DNA of 33,279 nt from Prasinococcaceae sp. CCMP 1430 (taxonomy: Eukaryota > Plantae > Prasinodermophyta). How positions within the stretch are numbered: position 1 is the first letter of the stretch; every line of letters starts with the position of its first letter. Shown here one piece after another: positions 29,299 to 33,279 of this stretch. The stretch covers positions 4,500 to 37,778 of the forward strand of contig RQSC01001009.1 in assembly GCA_013416795.1 (NCBI GenBank). The letters run 5' to 3'. The position numbers and the translations under genes were made by a program. Below the pieces are notes generated by a model. It ran no database searches, had not been told where the DNA came from, and saw only the letters and a list, made by a program, of their open reading frames with translations.

Positions 29299-29337
29299 CT
29301 AAACCCTATTAAAACCCCAAACCCAAACCCGAAACCG
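29299..29337. promoter_or_regulatory. Telo-box CTAAACCCTA followed by degenerate AAACCC repeats in a divergent promoter
   Basis: ctaaacccta ttaaaaccccaaacccaaacccgaaaccg; a second TTAGGGT at 29152-29158. Confidence 0.55.
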
Positions 29338-29525
29338 CTGATGTGCGCCTGATGAGCGCAGCTCACCAGCGTGTCTGATGCGACATGCGGGCGCCACTGC
29401 GCGCGGGCGCAGCGCAGCAGTGGCGCGGGGCGGGCGCCCCCGCTCCCCCCTTGCATCCGGACGGCTCCACCCGCCCCCCCCTCCCCGAACTCGGCAGACA
29501 CGCGTCCGCGTTGACGGCAGCGGCG

Positions 29526-31278
29526 ATGGACGGCGGTGGCGGTGGCGGCGGGGGCCTTGAGGGCGGCGGCGCGGTCGGCGGCGGGGCGAGCCTCGAGGAC
29601 TTCTTCGGTCAGGCCTGCTGCTTCTGCGGCAGCGATGTCAGCGAGGACGACGGCAATGAGGGCAACGCCATCGTGGCGGTTTGCTCGGGGTGTGACATGT
29701 CAGCGGTGCACGCCGAATGCCTGTTCAACAAGGCGAAGGTGGGGGCGCGCGACCGCAGCCACTGATGTGCGCACGCTCGAGCACATTGCCTCGGCTACGT
29801 CGCTGACGCGCATCGAACCCGCCCCACGCTTGCCACTCGCTGCTGTCTTTCGCTCGCATTCGTTGCACCAGGGGGCTGTGACCAACTCGATGAAGATGAA
29901 AAAGCTTGAGGCCTGTTTCAAGGCGCAGGCGCGTGGCTCGACGCTGCGCTGGTTCATCCGGACGTACAAGACGCCGTGCTGCAAGGCGCTGGCGCCCGCG
30001 CTGGGTGGCCTCACCGACGCGCAGCGATCATCATGCGACCCGACGCGCGTGTGCTCAGGCCACCTGATTGCCATCGAAAATCTGCGAGACGTGCTCAAGA
30101 AACGGGAGCTTATGTCTGCCGCGAGCGGCAGCGGCGCAACTTCACAGTCGGCACAGCCGGTGCCCCGTCCCCACGTGCGCAGCGGCCTCAAGACCAAGTC
30201 GGCGATAGCGCGTGCCGACCCTGCCGTGCTGGCGAACGCCGCGCGTCAGCGCGAGGCTGCGAAGCGGCAGAGCGACGCGCTGGATGCACAGCGGCGGCGT
30301 GCCGGAGCTCGCCAGCGTGCCGAGCAGATGGTGCCAACTGCAATTGGGGGCGTTGGGCTCGCGGAGTCAATGACCGCGGCTGTTGGGCACACGCTCGCCG
30401 ACGATCAGCGAGCTGCGCACAAGCGCACCAAAATTAACACGAACGCGCGCAAGCATGCGAAGCGTGCAGCAAAGCGCGCCGAGGCGCGCGCGATCAAGGA
30501 GCGAGAGGAGCGCGTGGAAGAGGCAACGCGACAAGCGATCGAGGCGAGCATGGCAGAGCAGAGCACGCGAGAGGAGGAAGAGATGCATGCCGCACTTGCG
30601 GAGGTCGAGGCGGCCAAGCGTGAGGCGCAGGCCCTCGGATACGAGGTTGTCACGTCCGTCATGCGCGCCGTGGGCGCCTGCAAAATCGGGGCGCACGTGC
30701 GCGCCCTTGGGCTCACAAGTATGGGGTACAGCACGGAGCGCTGCTGCGCCGCACTGCAGGCCTGTGGCCTGGAGGCCGACGTGAGCGCCCTCGCGACATG
30801 GCTGATCGACGTGCCCGAGGAGGAGGGGCCTGGCGTCTCAGTCGATGTGCTCGCGGGCGATGTCGACGTGAGTGAGGAGATGATGGAACTGCAGGACTTT
30901 GCCGAGAACATGAACATAGCACGCGAGGTTGTGGACGCGGCGGTCGTGGCAGCCTACGGGGACATCAGCGTCGCGATGCAGGGCATCTGCCAGCGACTCT
31001 TTGCCGCGGAGGACGACCTCGTTGAGGAGCCGTCGACGGACAACTTTTACTACGAGCAAGGCGACTACGAAGGTGGCGGTGGAAGTGGCGAAGAAGGGGA
31101 GGACGGCGATCCCTGGGGCGCACTCAGCGACGCCGCTGAGATGGCCGCCCCGGCTTCTGATTGGGGTGCTGCGCCCGCCTCGGATACGCCACAGGCATCA
31201 AGGTGGGGGGCCTCGCCCGCGGTTGAAGCCGATGTGCTGGGCGACATGGTCAGCAGGTTGCCAGCCGATCTCATCTGA
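29526..31278 (+). CDS. Protein with an N-terminal Cys/His zinc-finger-like region, basic coiled coil, UIM-like helices and two UBA-like domains; exons 29526-29738, 29872-31278; ~539 aa
   Basis: CxxC..CxxC...HxxC in exon 1; EEATRQAIEASM (UIM-like); LTSMGYS..C..AL and VDVSEE....VDAAVVAAYGDI (UBA-like). Intron 29739-29871 is GT..GCTGAC..CAG, phase 0. Confidence 0.75.
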
Positions 31279-31290
31279 GTGATGTGATGG

Positions 31291-31302
31291 TACTGTACAG
31301 TA
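31291..31302. terminator. Perfect palindrome TACTGTACAGTA between convergent genes; candidate bidirectional 3'-end signal
   Basis: 12-bp palindrome located 12 nt after the UBA-gene stop and ~90 nt after the coilin-like stop; contains TGTAC on both strands. Function is inferred. Confidence 0.4.
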
Positions 31303-31391
31303 TTAATTTATTAGTCACTAGGTGGAGTACAGTACTCGTGCTCGAGTGAGCTGCACGCAGAGCCGCGCACTGCGCACCGGCTCGCGCAGCT

Positions 31392-32792
31392 TCAACGCGC
31401 GTCTGGGCTTCGTAGGCGCTTCAGCAGACCAGCGACGCCGGTAGGGCCCTGAAATCGCCGCTTGCCTGGCTGCTTCCGCGCGGTCTTGGTTTTGGGAGCG
31501 GGTGCTGCAGCGGTCTGCGGCAGCGCCACGCCCTCCTCTGCATGAACGCATGGTGACGAATCGAAGCGCTCGGCGTCAGTGGAGCGCAGCTCGCTCAGTC
31601 TGGGCCACCAGGGCCGCGAAGTCGAGGGCCCGTCTGTGTCCACGCTCGTGGTCGCACCGACGACACCGTCAACGCTCTGCGACGCCAACATGGCAGCAGC
31701 GCGGGCGGCACTCAGGGGCTTGGCGACGTTCTCGGCGAACGCGTCCCACGGTGAGCCTGGGGTGACAGCGACAGCGAAGGCCGTAGCACAGACTTGCGCG
31801 CGCGGGAGCGCAGCTTCGCGATTAGGCTCGAACGCCAGCGCATCGGCACCAAGTGCAGTCCCCTCCCCTTGGACCGTCACCGGCGTTGCCGCTGCGACCT
31901 CAGCTACGACTTGGTGCGTGTAGCTGCGCACGGCAGAGTCGAGCGCACTGATCTGCTTTCCGCCCTCGTGAACGGCCAGGGCCGGCGCCGGCGTCGAGGC
32001 ATCGCGAGCGAGTGCTGCCGCCACGGTCGCCGCCCGCGCGTCCGCGCTTTGCGGGGATGCGTCCTCCGTGGCCTTCATGGCATCGAGCTTTTCGAGTCGC
32101 TTTTTCAGGCGCTTCGCCCGCTTGCGCTGCGTGCTGCGGCTCGGCGCCCCCGCTGCTCGTCGCGCCCCTGGTTGCTGCTGCTGCGGCTGGGGATGCTGCT
32201 GCATTGGCATTTGCTGCTGCTGCTGCTGCTGCTCTTGCTGCTGCTGCTGCTGCTGCTCTTGCTGCGGCTGCGGCGCGGGCTGCTGCCGCTCCATCGCAGC
32301 GGCACCGTTCCGCGCCTGCTGCATTCCCTCGGCAGCGGGCGAACGGCCATCCCTCAGCGCATGCGCGTCGCGCGGGTGACGCGCTCTGAACGCCGCCTCG
32401 TCCAGGGCCGCTGCCAGCTGCGCTGCCTCTCCCTCGAGCGTCCTGACGTAGAGGACGTCGCCCTCTCGCAGAGCACGTATCGGCGTGCCGTGCGCGACCA
32501 CCGTGCGGTCGCAGCCCGGCGCACCTGGGTTGTCGCTCGGCCGCAGATGCACGCTCGCGAGCCCCTCGGCGCCCACAGCCTGCGCGGCGAGCGCGTGCAC
32601 CGTGGGCGGCCTGCCCGCCGCGCGCAGCCCGCGAGGCCGCAGCGGCACACTCGGCCTTCCCACTTTCCCCCCTTCCCCCCCTCCTCCTCCGCCATCCTCG
32701 CCACCACCGCGCGCTGTGGCGGGCGCCGCGGCCGCTCCGCGCTCGCCCGCGCTCCCGAGGACCGACACCGCAACCTGAACCTGAGCCGCCAT
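31392..32792 (-). CDS. Coilin-like protein with poly-Q tract, ~466 aa
   Basis: The N-terminal domain ends in PIRALREGDVLYV, similar to the coilin NTD LR..D.I.V. PSRSTQRKRAKR resembles plant coilin PSRSARRKKAKR, and SPW and a basic C-terminal GP motif are present. No clear Tudor-like domain is seen. Confidence 0.55.
   Translation of the reverse strand: MAAQVQVAVSVLGSAGERGAAAAPATARGGGEDGGGGGGEGGKVGRPSVPLRPRGLRAAGRPPTVHALAAQAVGAEGLASVHLRPSDNPGAPGCDRTVVAHGTPIRALREGDVLYVRTLEGEAAQLAAALDEAAFRARHPRDAHALRDGRSPAAEGMQQARNGAAAMERQQPAPQPQQEQQQQQQQEQQQQQQQMPMQQHPQPQQQQPGARRAAGAPSRSTQRKRAKRLKKRLEKLDAMKATEDASPQSADARAATVAAALARDASTPAPALAVHEGGKQISALDSAVRSYTHQVVAEVAAATPVTVQGEGTALGADALAFEPNREAALPRAQVCATAFAVAVTPGSPWDAFAENVAKPLSAARAAAMLASQSVDGVVGATTSVDTDGPSTSRPWWPRLSELRSTDAERFDSSPCVHAEEGVALPQTAAAPAPKTKTARKQPGKRRFQGPTGVAGLLKRLRSPDAR
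32174..32286 (-). repeat. Imperfect CAG trinucleotide repeat encoding poly-Gln
   Basis: (ctg)n runs on the + strand; QQEQQQQQQQEQQQQQQQ in the translation. Confidence 0.95.
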
Positions 32793-32793
32793 G

Positions 32794-32802
32794 TTAGGGT
32801 TT
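32794..32802 (-). promoter_or_regulatory. Canonical telo-box AAACCCTAA one base upstream of the coilin-like ATG
   Basis: The minus strand reads AAACCCTAAC-ATG. Confidence 0.6.
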
Positions 32803-33279
32803 TGTACAGGGTATCCGTGTTGGGGGTTTTCGGCCACCTTCTCGCCTGCCGCACAGTAAGATTCTAACCGTATTGTTGATATCGATCTCGCATTGAAAAA
32901 GTGACCTTGAGGTGACTTCGATGGGAATGAGCAGATGTGGATGAAAAGGGGTGCGAACGAGCACAGGAGGCGGCTGGCCGCGGCGGCCCGCAGCCGCTCG
33001 CGCCGAAACCGCAGCCGAAACCGAAACCGCGAGCGCGAGCGCCGCCTCGTTGGTCGCGAGATGCGCAATCGTACCGGGTCACTTGAAGGCGTGTGTACCG
33101 GGGACGAAAGGGGGATGCGCGCTGATAGACCGTGGATGTGAGGGAGGACCGGGTGGAGCGTGGGGGGCGCCCGCCGCGGACAAAAACGCGGTTGGGCGCG
33201 GCGAAATTGGAGAGGCGCGCGTTGCCGCGGCGCGCGCAGCGGCGGCCGTCTCCGCCGGCGACTCGCCCCTCGCCGCGGC

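Noticed and set aside
1-33279. CRISPR arrays, prokaryotic operons, transposases, rRNA/tRNA genes
   Set aside because: None seen. The window is intron-containing eukaryotic DNA, and its tandem repeats are coding (MORN, PQ, poly-Q) or simple sequence.

Overview
Gene-dense, GC-rich (roughly 70% by eye) eukaryotic nuclear DNA from a photosynthetic green-lineage alga. The evidence is a nuclear psaO, short spliceosomal introns with GTGCG donors and CTGAC branch points, and TTTAGGG-type telo-boxes. It looks like a prasinophyte-grade alga, but the species cannot be determined from the sequence. About 14 protein-coding genes can be reconstructed: Serinc, synaptotagmin-like SMP/C2, psaO (middle missing), FAM91A1, gamma-glutamylcyclotransferase-like, DCC1-like thioredoxin-fold, MORN+filamin, BT1 folate/biopterin transporter, a Frag1/PGAP2-like membrane protein, an LNR-LamG-TSP1 type I membrane protein, an NSUN3/4-like m5C methyltransferase, a giant glycosyltransferase, a Zn-finger/UBA protein and a coilin-like protein. 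There is one 206-N gap. Highlights: (1) three apparently separate ORFs at 22.8-29.1 kb splice in frame into one ~1989-aa type II membrane protein carrying EGF repeats, a GT47 (exostosin) domain and two GT23-type (NodZ/FUT8-like) fucosyltransferase domains; (2) two neighbouring introns in the synaptotagmin gene are ~77% identical end to end, as expected of introner-type mobile introns; (3) a cell-surface receptor-like protein is built from modules best known from animals (2x[LNR-LamG]-TSP1-PQ stalk-TM-dileucine tail); (4) a long intergenic foldback lies at ~4.86-5.17 kb. All domain calls come from motif recognition by eye, not from database searches.
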